This document shows positions 45,102-53,807 of a stretch of 64,000 nt of DNA, piece after piece. The notes beneath the pieces are model-generated. The model was not told the origin of the DNA, made no database searches, and saw only the letters and a list, made by a program, of their open reading frames with translations. Made by a program: the position numbers and the translations under genes. Positions within the stretch are counted from its first letter, which is position 1; every line of letters begins with the position of its first letter. This DNA comes from an uncultured Acidimicrobiaceae bacterium (GTDB lineage: Bacteria > Actinomycetota > Acidimicrobiia > Acidimicrobiales > RAAP-2): assembly GCA_963812965.1 (NCBI GenBank), contig CAWEXG010000004.1, positions 79,702 to 143,701 on the forward strand, written 5' to 3'.

Positions 45102-47056
45102 GTGCGTCCTGAAAGCTGGACCAGACCTGCGGGTGCAAGTCCCGCCTGGGTAATCGCCGGAGAGCCCAGTAGCAGACCCCGGTCCGTCGCCGAGAGGCGG
45201 CGGGCTGAGCGGGGTGTCAAAAGCCTCTTTGGAGGGAGCAAGCGTGCGGGCCGTAGTGCCACCAGGCACGAGTCCTGCAGCCTCGTCAAAGTTACAACGG
45301 AGGAGCCGAGCCGCTCATGCCACGGCGAAGGCAGTATTCGACCAACTGGCGCACCGGACATGCCCCTGGTCGAGTCCTTCCGGGGTATGGGGAGCGGCAC
45401 GTACGCACGGTGTGGTTCGGAACAGGAGAGGCCCGTCTTCCCAGCCTTGTCAGCAAAGACCGCTCGGATAAGCCAATGGTGAAACCGAACGGAGGGAAGC
45501 GGGAGTCCGACGGGGTCGTAGTACTGATGAGCGCCGGGATGAACCCGGCAGGAGGGAAGGACCCCGACTTCGGTCACGCCGGGAACGAAGGAACGAGCGA
45601 GGGCATGGCCGGGACCGCCCGGCCCATCTCCCCCCTGGGACAACCGTCCCAGGCCAAAGTTCGACGCCTCCAGAACCGGCTATGGGCTGCGGCCAAGCAG
45701 TCTGAGGGTCGGCGTTTCCACGCCCTGTATGACCGCATCTACAGAGACGACATCCTGTGGGAGGCGTGGAACCGAGTCCGAGCCAATCGTGGAGCTGCTG
45801 GGGTCGATCATCTGACCCTGGCAGACGTGGAGGACGACTACGGAGTCGAGCGTCTGCTCATCGAGCTCCGGGACGACCTCCGTGCAGGCAACTACCGCCC
45901 GGCACCAGTTCGCCGGGTGGAGATTCCAAAGCCCGACGGCACGAAGCGGCCACTGGGTATCCCAACGGTCAAGGACCGGGTGGTCCAACAGGCAACCAAG
46001 CTCGTCCTCGAACCTATTTTCGAGGCTGACTTCCTGCCCTGCAGTTTCGGGTTCCGCCCGAAGCTTTCGGCCATCGACGCCTTGGAGAAGATCCGGGTCG
46101 GCTTCATCAAAGACAAGCACTTCGTCTTTGAGGCCGACATCCAGAACTTCTTCGGCGAGATCGACCACGAGCGATTGCTCTCCCTGGTCGGCCAACGGGT
46201 CTCTGACAAACGGGTGCTCAAGCTGCTTCGGCTGTGGTTGCGTGCAGGCGTGTTGGCAGACGGGGTGGTGTCTGAGTCGGTCTCTGGCACTCCCCAGGGC
46301 GGGGTGATCTCACCGCTGCTCGCCAACGTCTACCTGCACGCCTTCGACCAGGCCTGGGCTGAGCGTGGCACGGGAGAAGTCGTCCGCTATGCGGACGACT
46401 TCGTGGTGCTGTGTTCGTCTCAGAGACAAGCTGAGGAAGCCCAACGGCGGGCGACCGCCATCTTGGGCGACCTCGGTCTCGGACTCCATCCGGACAAGAC
46501 CCGAGTGGTCGACCTCGGGGAGGGGAAAGAGGGCTTTGACTTCCTCGGGTGCCACCTTCGTGCCCGCATGTCCGGCAAGCTCTGGGAGCAAAAGCGGGTC
46601 ATCCGCTACTACCTCCACCGCTGGCCGTCACAGCGGTCCATGAAACGAGCCCGGGCGAGGATCAAGGCCATGACCGGTCGAAGCCAGGTCGGACAGGAGT
46701 TGGAGACCGTCATCGGACGGCTCAACCTGTTCCTTCGGGGATGGGGCAACTACTTCCGCAACGGGAATGCGGGCGACAAGTTCATAGCAATGGACCGCTA
46801 CGTGGCATGGCGGCTGAGACGCTTGCTCATCAAGAAGCGTGGCCGCAATCTGCGAGCGGGACAGTGGGACACTTGGACCCGCACCTGGTTCCACGACCAG
46901 GGCCTGCACAAGCTCATGGGCACTATTCGATACCCGAAGGCAGCGTAACCATGTCCAGACGACCGTCGGTAAGCCGTGTGCGGGAAAACCGCACGCACGG
47001 ATTGAAAGGGGGATGGGGAACCGGGCTCGCGTTGCGAGTACTGCGCCCCTGACTAC
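45102..47056 (+). mobile_element. Bacterial group II intron (about 1.95 kb) with the ORF in domain IV
   Basis: 5' GTGCG at 45102-45106. A domain V-like hairpin AAGCCGTGTGCGG-GAAAA-CCGCACGCACGGATT lies at 46971-47003. It is followed by a domain VI-like region ending ..CTGACTAC at about 47056. An RT/maturase ORF lies inside. Boundaries are +/-10 nt. Confidence 0.8.
45476..46948 (+). CDS. Group II intron reverse transcriptase/maturase (no endonuclease domain seen)
   Basis: RT blocks: RRVEIPKPDGTKRPLGIPTVKDRVVQQA, FRPKLSAIDA, DIQNFFGEIDH, GTPQGGVISPLLANVYL, RYADDFVVLC. The maturase X region is LRGWGNYF. The ATG at 45476 (MVKPNGGK) is preferred over 45317. Confidence 0.9.
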   Translation: MVKPNGGKRESDGVVVLMSAGMNPAGGKDPDFGHAGNEGTSEGMAGTARPISPLGQPSQAKVRRLQNRLWAAAKQSEGRRFHALYDRIYRDDILWEAWNRVRANRGAAGVDHLTLADVEDDYGVERLLIELRDDLRAGNYRPAPVRRVEIPKPDGTKRPLGIPTVKDRVVQQATKLVLEPIFEADFLPCSFGFRPKLSAIDALEKIRVGFIKDKHFVFEADIQNFFGEIDHERLLSLVGQRVSDKRVLKLLRLWLRAGVLADGVVSESVSGTPQGGVISPLLANVYLHAFDQAWAERGTGEVVRYADDFVVLCSSQRQAEEAQRRATAILGDLGLGLHPDKTRVVDLGEGKEGFDFLGCHLRARMSGKLWEQKRVIRYYLHRWPSQRSMKRARARIKAMTGRSQVGQELETVIGRLNLFLRGWGNYFRNGNAGDKFIAMDRYVAWRLRRLLIKKRGRNLRAGQWDTWTRTWFHDQGLHKLMGTIRYPKAA

Positions 47057-47058
47057 CA

Positions 47059-47286
47059 ATGACGAAGACGGTCAAGGTGCAAGACGCGAAGACCCACCTG
47101 TCGGCGATTCTCGCCGAGGTCGAGCGTGGAACCGACGTGGTGATCTCCCGCGGGAACACCCCTGTGGCCAGGCTGACACCGATCACCGAGCTTCCGGATA
47201 GGGAGTGGGGGTTCGTGCCCTATGAGATCCCGTCGTCGTTCTTCGACCCGCTTCCCGACACCGAGGTCGAGGCGTGGGAACAGTAG
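47059..47286 (+). CDS. vapB: Phd/YefM-type antitoxin
   Basis: 75-aa ORF. VKVQDAKTHLSAILAEVERGTDVVISRGNTPVARLTP is the Phd/YefM fold signature. It overlaps the PIN gene by 13 nt. Confidence 0.85.
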   Translation: MTKTVKVQDAKTHLSAILAEVERGTDVVISRGNTPVARLTPITELPDREWGFVPYEIPSSFFDPLPDTEVEAWEQ

Positions 47287-47681
47287 TGCCGCATCGACTG
47301 ATGCTCGACACTCATGTGTTGCTATGGATGTTGACCGACCCGACCCTGCTCTCAGAGGACATGCGAGGAACACTGGCCGATCGCAGCACCCCACTTTTTG
47401 TGTCAGCGGCATCGGCTTGGGAGATCGCAACGAAACAACGGCTGGGCAAGTTGCCGCAGGCCGAGGTCTTGGTGCGGGGCTATGAGCAACATCTGGATCG
47501 CTTGGGCGTGGAGAGCGTCAACGTCACCGCTACACACAGCCTGTTGGCAGGATCCATGGAATGGCCTCACCAGGATCCTTTTGACAGGATGATCGTCGCC
47601 CAGTGCATGATCGAGTCGTTGCCGCTCGTGACGGCGGACAAGGCGTTCGGAGCACTCGCTGGGGTCACCATCCTGTGGTGA
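47274..47681 (+). CDS. vapC: PIN-domain ribonuclease toxin (VapC-like)
   Basis: 135-aa ORF with acidic PIN residues in LMLDTHVLLW, SAASAWEIATK and HQDPFDRMIVAQ. Confidence 0.85.
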   Translation: MGTVVPHRLMLDTHVLLWMLTDPTLLSEDMRGTLADRSTPLFVSAASAWEIATKQRLGKLPQAEVLVRGYEQHLDRLGVESVNVTATHSLLAGSMEWPHQDPFDRMIVAQCMIESLPLVTADKAFGALAGVTILW

Positions 47682-47798
47682 CCGAGACGGACGGTGATGT
47701 GCCCTCAGGGAGGTTGTTCAACAGGCTCTTGGACAACCTCGGGCCGTGCTTCATCAACGTGTAAGGCCGGGTTGGCGCTGGGCGGCAGACTGGTGGCC

Positions 47799-48641
47799 AT
47801 GGCCACGGACCCTGCTTCTTCGCACGCGCCTCATGCGCCGCACACCCCGCAGCCGCTGGCTGTCCATCTCGAAGGCGTGGCCGTGGTTCGTGATGGAAAC
47901 GCTCTCCTGGACGACATCTCCTGGGACGTCCGCTCCGGCGAGCGGTGGGTGCTGCTCGGGCCGAACGGTTCGGGGAAGACCACGCTGCTGCGGGTGGCCG
48001 GCTCGATACTGTGGCCGACCCGGGGAACGGTGGAGATCCTGGGCGACCGCTTGGGTCGTGTGGACATGCGGGTGCTCCGACAGCGCATCGCCATGGTCAG
48101 CGCCTCGGTGGCCCGGGCACTGCGCCCGACGCTCTCGGCTCTCGATGTGGTGCTGACCGGGCGGCACGCCGCCCTCGAGACGTGGTGGAACGAGTACAGC
48201 GACGACGATCGGGCGCAGGCCGATCGGTTGCTGCAGGAGGCTGGGTTCGGGGGCGCCGTCTTCGACGAGCGTCCCTTCGGGCTCCTGTCCGAAGGTGAGC
48301 GCCAGCAGGTACTGCTGGCCCGTGCCCTGATGGGCAGTCCCGAGCTGGTGTTGATGGACGAGCCGGCGGCCGGCCTCGATCTGGGTGCACGGGAGCGGTT
48401 GGTGAAGCGCCTCGCTGCTCTGGCCGAGGATCCCTCGGTTCCCCCGCTCGTTCTGGTGACCCATCACGTCGAGGAGATCCCGCCGGGGATCACCCATGCG
48501 GCGCTGCTCCAGCGAGGTCGCCTGCTGATATCCGGGCCCATCGACGAGGTGCTCACGTCGGCGTCTGTCTCTCAGTGTTTCGGCGTCTCGGTCACCGTGG
48601 CCCGGACACCAGAGGGGCGGTGGACGGCCCGGTCCATCTGA
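47799..48641 (+). CDS. ABC transporter ATP-binding protein (orphan; no permease in the window)
   Basis: Walker A GPNGSGKTTLL, signature LSEGERQQV, Walker B LVLMDEPAAGLD, H-loop VTHH. The ATG at 47799 is preferred. Confidence 0.85.
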   Translation: MATDPASSHAPHAPHTPQPLAVHLEGVAVVRDGNALLDDISWDVRSGERWVLLGPNGSGKTTLLRVAGSILWPTRGTVEILGDRLGRVDMRVLRQRIAMVSASVARALRPTLSALDVVLTGRHAALETWWNEYSDDDRAQADRLLQEAGFGGAVFDERPFGLLSEGERQQVLLARALMGSPELVLMDEPAAGLDLGARERLVKRLAALAEDPSVPPLVLVTHHVEEIPPGITHAALLQRGRLLISGPIDEVLTSASVSQCFGVSVTVARTPEGRWTARSI

Positions 48642-48871
48642 AGAAGCGGTCACCCGGCGCGCCTCGAGGGGTGCTCACCCCGCCTCACCTGGGGAGCAAG
48701 AAACCGGTTGAGCCGGCCGTCGTTGCGGTGTACAAAAGCGGGAAGCAACAACCGGGGAGGGCGTTGTAACCGTGTCATGCGGTCTTTGTCGGCGCGGTCG
48801 TCCCCGACCATCCACCACTGTCCGTATAACCATCGTTAGGGTTTTTCGGCAAGGAAGGTTAGGTCGAGGAG

Positions 48872-49615
48872 TTGACGCTAGTGGTCCTGGTGGTCCTTGC
48901 AGTGGTGTGGTTGATCATTCTGGTCCCCCCAGCATTGCGCCGATACCACCGTGGAGGAGGAGACTCCATCTCCCACTTCCATCGCCAGCTTCGCATCCTC
49001 CAGCGCAGCGGACCGAACGCCCCGCCTCCTGCGTACCGGCTGCAGAGTGTTCCCTCATCCGGGTTGGCGACGATCAACGGTGTGCCGTCGTCCGTGGCAC
49101 CGGTGCTCACGGTTGTGGGCAGTGGCGACATGCCGCGACCGGCGCTTGCCTACCTGGCTGAGCAGCCGCCGTACGTAGCCGCCGCAGACTCCAGGGTGTC
49201 GAGCGAGATGTCCGAAGAGGACCGGCGAAAGGCGCTCAGGGAGGCGCAGAGCTTCCTGGCCCCGTCCTCGCAGGAGTCCTCAGGATCGTACGAGAGCTAC
49301 CGTCCTCCTGATCCCTACGCTCGCCAGCTGGCGTGCAAGCGCCGGAGGGACACGTTGATGGTGCTGGTGCTCACGTTCGCTTGCAGCTTGTTCGTCGGCA
49401 TCATCCCGGCTGTCCGCCTGGTGTGGGTGGTCACCGCCATCTCCGGCGTGATCATGGTGGCGTACGTGGCGCTGCTGGTGCACCTCCGCAGCATGGCGGC
49501 GGAGCGGGAGCGCAAGCTCCGGTATCTCCGTCCGCAGGAGGAGTACGGCGCGCTGTCGGGGTACCAGGACGCTTCGTACGGCCATCCGGCCGAGCGTTCT
49601 GCCGCCGCCCGCTGA
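48872..49615 (+). CDS. Membrane protein, unknown function (1 N-terminal and 2 C-terminal TM helices)
   Basis: 247-aa ORF with a non-ATG start (TTG) preceded by GGAAGG/GAGGAG. I recognise no family motif. Confidence 0.5.
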   Translation: MTLVVLVVLAVVWLIILVPPALRRYHRGGGDSISHFHRQLRILQRSGPNAPPPAYRLQSVPSSGLATINGVPSSVAPVLTVVGSGDMPRPALAYLAEQPPYVAAADSRVSSEMSEEDRRKALREAQSFLAPSSQESSGSYESYRPPDPYARQLACKRRRDTLMVLVLTFACSLFVGIIPAVRLVWVVTAISGVIMVAYVALLVHLRSMAAERERKLRYLRPQEEYGALSGYQDASYGHPAERSAAAR

Positions 49616-49673
49616 CCGCCACTCGGCACGCCGGATCCGGACTGCCTATCCGTTCGGTCTTTGAAGAAGCCCG

Positions 49674-50863
49674 TCAGCCGAGCTCGCTGCCGACCACGGA
49701 CACGAAGGAGACCATCTCGCCGGGGTACCCGCCCAGGTTGTGGGTGAGGGCCAGGGTCCGGTCGGTCTCGATCTGCCGCTCCGGCGTGGCCTCTCCCCGC
49801 AGCTGGAGCCACGTCTCGAAGAACATGCGCAGACCCGAGGCTCCCACCGGGTGGCCGAAGCTCTTCAGACCGCCGTCGGGGTTGACCGGGAGGGAACCGG
49901 TGCGATCGAAGGTGCCGGCGAGCACCTCCTTCCAGGCGGTGCCACGTTCGGCGAACCCGAGATCCTCCATGAGCACCAGCTCGGTGGGGGTGAAGCAGTC
50001 GTGCACCTCGGCCATGGCCAGCTGTGACCGGGGGTCGGTGATGCCGGCCTGCTCGTAGGCGTCCCGGGCGGCTGCCTCGCACTCGGGGAAGTGGGTGTAG
50101 TCGTAGCCGGGATCGATCAGCCCTGAGCCGCTCCCTGCTGCGAACGAGAGTGCCTTGATGTAGATCGGCTTGTCGGTGTAGCGATGGGCGTCCTCGGCCC
50201 GGACCACGATGGCCGCCGCCGCCCCGTCGGCCACCCCGGCGCAGTCGAACACGCCGAGCCGCCCGGCCACCCGGGGGGAGGCGCAGATGGTCTCGATGGA
50301 GACCTCCTTGCGGAACTGGGCTCGGGGGTTGCGAGCCCCGTTCTGGTGGTTCTTCCACGAGATCCGGGCCAGGACCTCAGTCAGCTCGTCCTCGCTCACC
50401 CCGTACTTCTTCCCGTAGGCGGGGGCCACCATCGAGAACATGGCTGCTGCCGTCAGCGTCCGTGACGTCCCGTCGTTGGGGATGGGAAAGGCGTTCAGCC
50501 CTTGATAGCCGGAGTCCTTGACCTTCTCGGCACCCACGGCCATGGCCACGTCGTAGGCGCCCGACGCCACGGCGTAGGCGGCGGCGCGCAGCGCTTCCGA
50601 TCCGGTGGTGCAGTAGTTCTCCACTCGGGTCACCGGCTTGTTCTGCAGCTGCAGCGGCCGGGCCAGGGTGATACCGCTCATCCCGGACTGTGCCGTGCCG
50701 AACCAGTAGGCGTCGACGTCGTCCTTCCGGATACCCGCCGAGGCGAACGTCTCCTCGGCGGCGTCGACGATGAGGTCGTCGAGACCCTTGTCCCAATGTT
50801 CGGCGAAACGGTGCATCCCATGCCCACGATCGCCACCTGATCCTTGATTCCGTGCGATGCCAT
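49674..50863 (-). pseudogene. Thiolase (SCP-x / lipid-transfer-protein type), one frame break near its 5' end as assembled
   Basis: MASHGIKDQVAIVGMGCT (ORF 50678..50863) joins RFAEHWDKGL.. (ORF 49674..50816). The nucleophile context ENYCTTGSEALR and the C-terminal EVHDCF and HNLGG motifs are present. Confidence 0.85.
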
Positions 50864-50884
50864 CGCTCGTCTCCTCAGCCCTTC

Positions 50885-52388
50885 TCAGTGCTTGGCGGCG
50901 TCTGCCGCAGCGTGGTTGTCGATCGCAGTGTGGTTGTCGATCGCAGTGTGGTTGTCGATCGCGTCCTGGCTGCCGGCGCCGGCCCGTACGGGCTTGGCCT
51001 TCCAGAAGTAGTCATGGATCCCGTCCGCAGTGAACAGCTTGCGGAAGGTCATCTCCACCCGGTCCCCGATGTCCACCGTGTCGGCATCGACATCGGTGAG
51101 CTCCACCGGGTAACGCCCGCCACCGTCGAAGTCGACGACGGCGAAGACGATGGGAGGGTTGGGAGAGTACGCCAGCCTGTCGATGGTGTACGTGACGATG
51201 GTGGCCAGACTGTCGGCTCGCTGCACCGGCTCCATGTCGTCGACGGCGCCGCCCTGCATCGAGACTCGGGACGGCGGCAGGTGGACCGCCTCACTGGTGC
51301 GGTCCTGCGAGCCGACGAAGCCGAACTTCCACGCCTCGCTGCGCCATGCCGCCGTGGCCGAGACTCGCTGGGGCTCCGGGCGGCGGGGCGGCTCGGGGGT
51401 GAGCATCCCTCGCCAGATGAGGAACCTCCCGTAGGGGAGATCCACGGCGTTGGCCACCTGATCGGCCACCGGCAGGGTGCTGGTCCATGACGACGGCGCG
51501 TCGGTGGTCCGGAAGACCAGGACGTCTGCGCCGTCGGCCAGGTTCACCACGGCGATGACCTGTCCCGGGTCGGCCTGCTCCAGGAGTGACGCCAGCACCA
51601 GACCGGCATGGGCCGTTTCCCGTCTGTCCGACCGTGGTGGTCAGATTGTCGGCCAGGGCCTCGGGCCGCACCCCCAGCTTGCGGGTGAGCGCCTTGGCTG
51701 CCCGACCGTGCATCCCGGTCACGACCACGGCATCGACTTCTTCGGCGGTGACCCCAGTGGCCTTGAGCGTGGTCTCCCACGCCTCGGCTCCCAGTGGGAC
51801 GTACCGGGTCTCCCCGAACCGCTCCTCCCAGACCTTCGAGCGTCGGTCGCCGACCGTTCGCCACCGGTCGAGGAACTCGTCGGTGATCGAGGCCCCTCCC
51901 AGGTACTCGGCGATCACCGGTGTGCCGGGGCTGTCGTCTCCCACCAACAGTGCCGCCGCACCGTCACCGCCGGTTGACTCATCGGCCGAGGTGGGGAGGC
52001 CGTCTCGGGTATCGGCCAGCACGACCAGGGTGGCCCCGGCCCCCTCGAGGGCAACGCGGAGCGCACCGACCCCCGAGCGCAGCGCCCCTCCGAAGTCGAA
52101 GGCGGCGACGTCGCTCTGCTGGAGCAGCGCGGCGTGGATGGCGGCGGCGTTGGTCTTGTCCAGGTAGGCCGGGGTGGATGTGGCGAACCAGATGGCGTTT
52201 GGGGCTGACGCCCCGACCGAGCGCAACACCAGCCGGGCCGCCTCGACGGCCATGGTGGTGGTGTCCTCGTCGGGCGAGGCCACCGACCGGGTCCCCTTCC
52301 CCCCGCCGGATCCCAGGAGCTGGGACACCGCGGACCGCTGTAGCCGACGGTAGGGGATATAGCCCCCGGAGCTGACGATGCCTCTCAT
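50885..52388 (-). pseudogene. HMG-CoA-synthase/KAS-III-like domain fused to a DUF35 OB-fold domain, one frame break as assembled
   Basis: The N-terminal part (MRGIVSSGGYIPYRRL..DEDTTTMAVEAA..) lies in ORF 51291..52442. After a shift near 51615 it continues AHAGLVLASLLEQ.. in ORF 50885..51598. That part includes the OB-fold region GGRYPVELTDVDADTVDIGDRVEMTFRK. Confidence 0.7.
50912..50963. repeat. 18-bp tandem repeat x2.9 (gtggttgtcgatcgcagt), in frame at the C-terminus of the HMGS-like::DUF35 gene
   Basis: Read directly. It encodes AIDNHT-AIDNHT-AIDNH on the minus strand. Confidence 0.9.
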
Positions 52389-52603
52389 AGCTGTGGCAAA
52401 CCTCTCATGTGCGTGACGATCTCTCTCGTGTGGTGCCTGCATCGGCGGCGCCTGGTCCCGGTTGCTGCCCTCTGGTTCTTGACCGTATGGCTTCGGCCGT
52501 TGGTCCCGGCCGCTCCGCCATCCTATGATGCCAACAGTATCTGACGGTCAGTCAGGAAACTGCGGCAGCGCGCCGTAGCGGGATCACGGAGGGCCCTATT
52601 CCC

Positions 52604-53785
52604 ATGGACTTCGAGTTCACAACGGAGCAGCTCGACTTCGTCGACGAGGTGGAGCGCTTCCTCGATGCCAACAACGACCCGGACGTCTTCGACGTCACCA
52701 GGGAGAACATGGCCCAGATCGTCGACACCCCGAAGCGACGCCAGTTCATGGCCAAGCTGGGTGAACAGGGATGGCTGGGCATCACCTGGCCCAAGGAGCT
52801 CGGTGGGGCAGAGAGCGACGGCTTCTACGAGTACCTGTTGAACGAGGCCCTGGCCGGCCGGGGAGGCCCCCAGATCGGGAAGGGCGTCGGCATCATCGGG
52901 AAGACCATCATCAGGCACGGCAACGACCGCCTGAAGAAGGAGTTCCTCCCGAAGATCCTGAAGAACGAGGTGGAGTTCGCCGTCGGCTACTCCGAGCCCA
53001 ATGCCGGCTCTGATGCAGCTTCGATGCAGCTCAAGGCCACCCGTGACGGTGATGGTTGGCGCCTGAACGGGCAGAAGACGTGGACGACCTCCGCCCACTT
53101 CGCCGAGTGGTACTGGGTGGGTGCACGCACCGACCCCGATGCGCCGAAGCATCACGGCATCACCTTGTTCCTGGTTCCCCTCGATCACCCCGGGATCACC
53201 ATCAAGGAGATCTGGACCATGGGCGACGAGCGGACCAACGAGGTCTACCTCGACGACGTCTGGGTCTCCGACGACTACGTGGTGGGCGAGTTGAACCACG
53301 GGTTCCAGTACATCTCCGAGGCGCTCGACCTGGAGCGCTTCACCATGTTCACCTACGCGCCCATCGCCCAGCGCCTGGAGGTGCTGACCGAGTACGTGGC
53401 CACCACCACCCGTGACGGCAAGCCGTTGAAGGACGACGCGGTGGTGCGTCAGCGGATCGCGCAGCTCCATACCGACGCAGAGGTGGCTCGGGTGCTGGGA
53501 CTGAAGTTCGTGTTCTTGTCGGCGCGGGGTGGCGCGGCACCGACGTCCGAAGCGTCCGAGTACAAGCTGTTCACCACCGAGTACTCGAGACGGTTGGCCA
53601 ACGCCTCCATGGACCTCGCCGGTCCCGGGAGCCAGCTCCGGGTGAAGACCGAGGACGCTCCGCTCCAGGGTCGGGCCGAGTCGACCTACCGCTACACGGT
53701 GATCGACACCATCGGTGGTGGCGCCTCCGAGATCCAGAAGAACATCATCGCTCGCCGCAAGCTCGGCCTGCCGAAGAACTTCTGA
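52604..53785 (+). CDS. Acyl-CoA dehydrogenase
   Basis: Intact 393-aa ORF with YSEPNAGSDAASM, WRLNGQKTWTT and the C-terminal GGGASEIQKNIIA (catalytic Glu context). Confidence 0.9.
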   Translation: MDFEFTTEQLDFVDEVERFLDANNDPDVFDVTRENMAQIVDTPKRRQFMAKLGEQGWLGITWPKELGGAESDGFYEYLLNEALAGRGGPQIGKGVGIIGKTIIRHGNDRLKKEFLPKILKNEVEFAVGYSEPNAGSDAASMQLKATRDGDGWRLNGQKTWTTSAHFAEWYWVGARTDPDAPKHHGITLFLVPLDHPGITIKEIWTMGDERTNEVYLDDVWVSDDYVVGELNHGFQYISEALDLERFTMFTYAPIAQRLEVLTEYVATTTRDGKPLKDDAVVRQRIAQLHTDAEVARVLGLKFVFLSARGGAAPTSEASEYKLFTTEYSRRLANASMDLAGPGSQLRVKTEDAPLQGRAESTYRYTVIDTIGGGASEIQKNIIARRKLGLPKNF

Positions 53786-53807
53786 GTCGAGCAGTCCTGC
53801 ACTGATC

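Noticed and set aside
45317-46948. The reverse transcriptase as a retron, DRT or Abi-type defence RT, given its TA and ABC-ATPase neighbours.
   Set aside because: It carries the maturase X motif. It is embedded between a GTGCG 5' end and a domain V/VI-like 3' structure, which together define a group II intron.
47799-48641. The orphan ABC ATPase next to vapBC as a defence-type ABC ATPase (PARIS, Gabija or OLD-like).
   Set aside because: It is an ordinary transport-type NBD of about 280 aa with a canonical signature motif. It has no coiled-coil insertion and no nuclease or TOPRIM partner.
53715-53807. The ORF-track start at 53715 for the CoA-transferase.
   Set aside because: It overlaps the 3' end of the preceding ACAD gene by 70 nt in another frame. 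The GTG at 53808, just after the ACAD stop, is more plausible.
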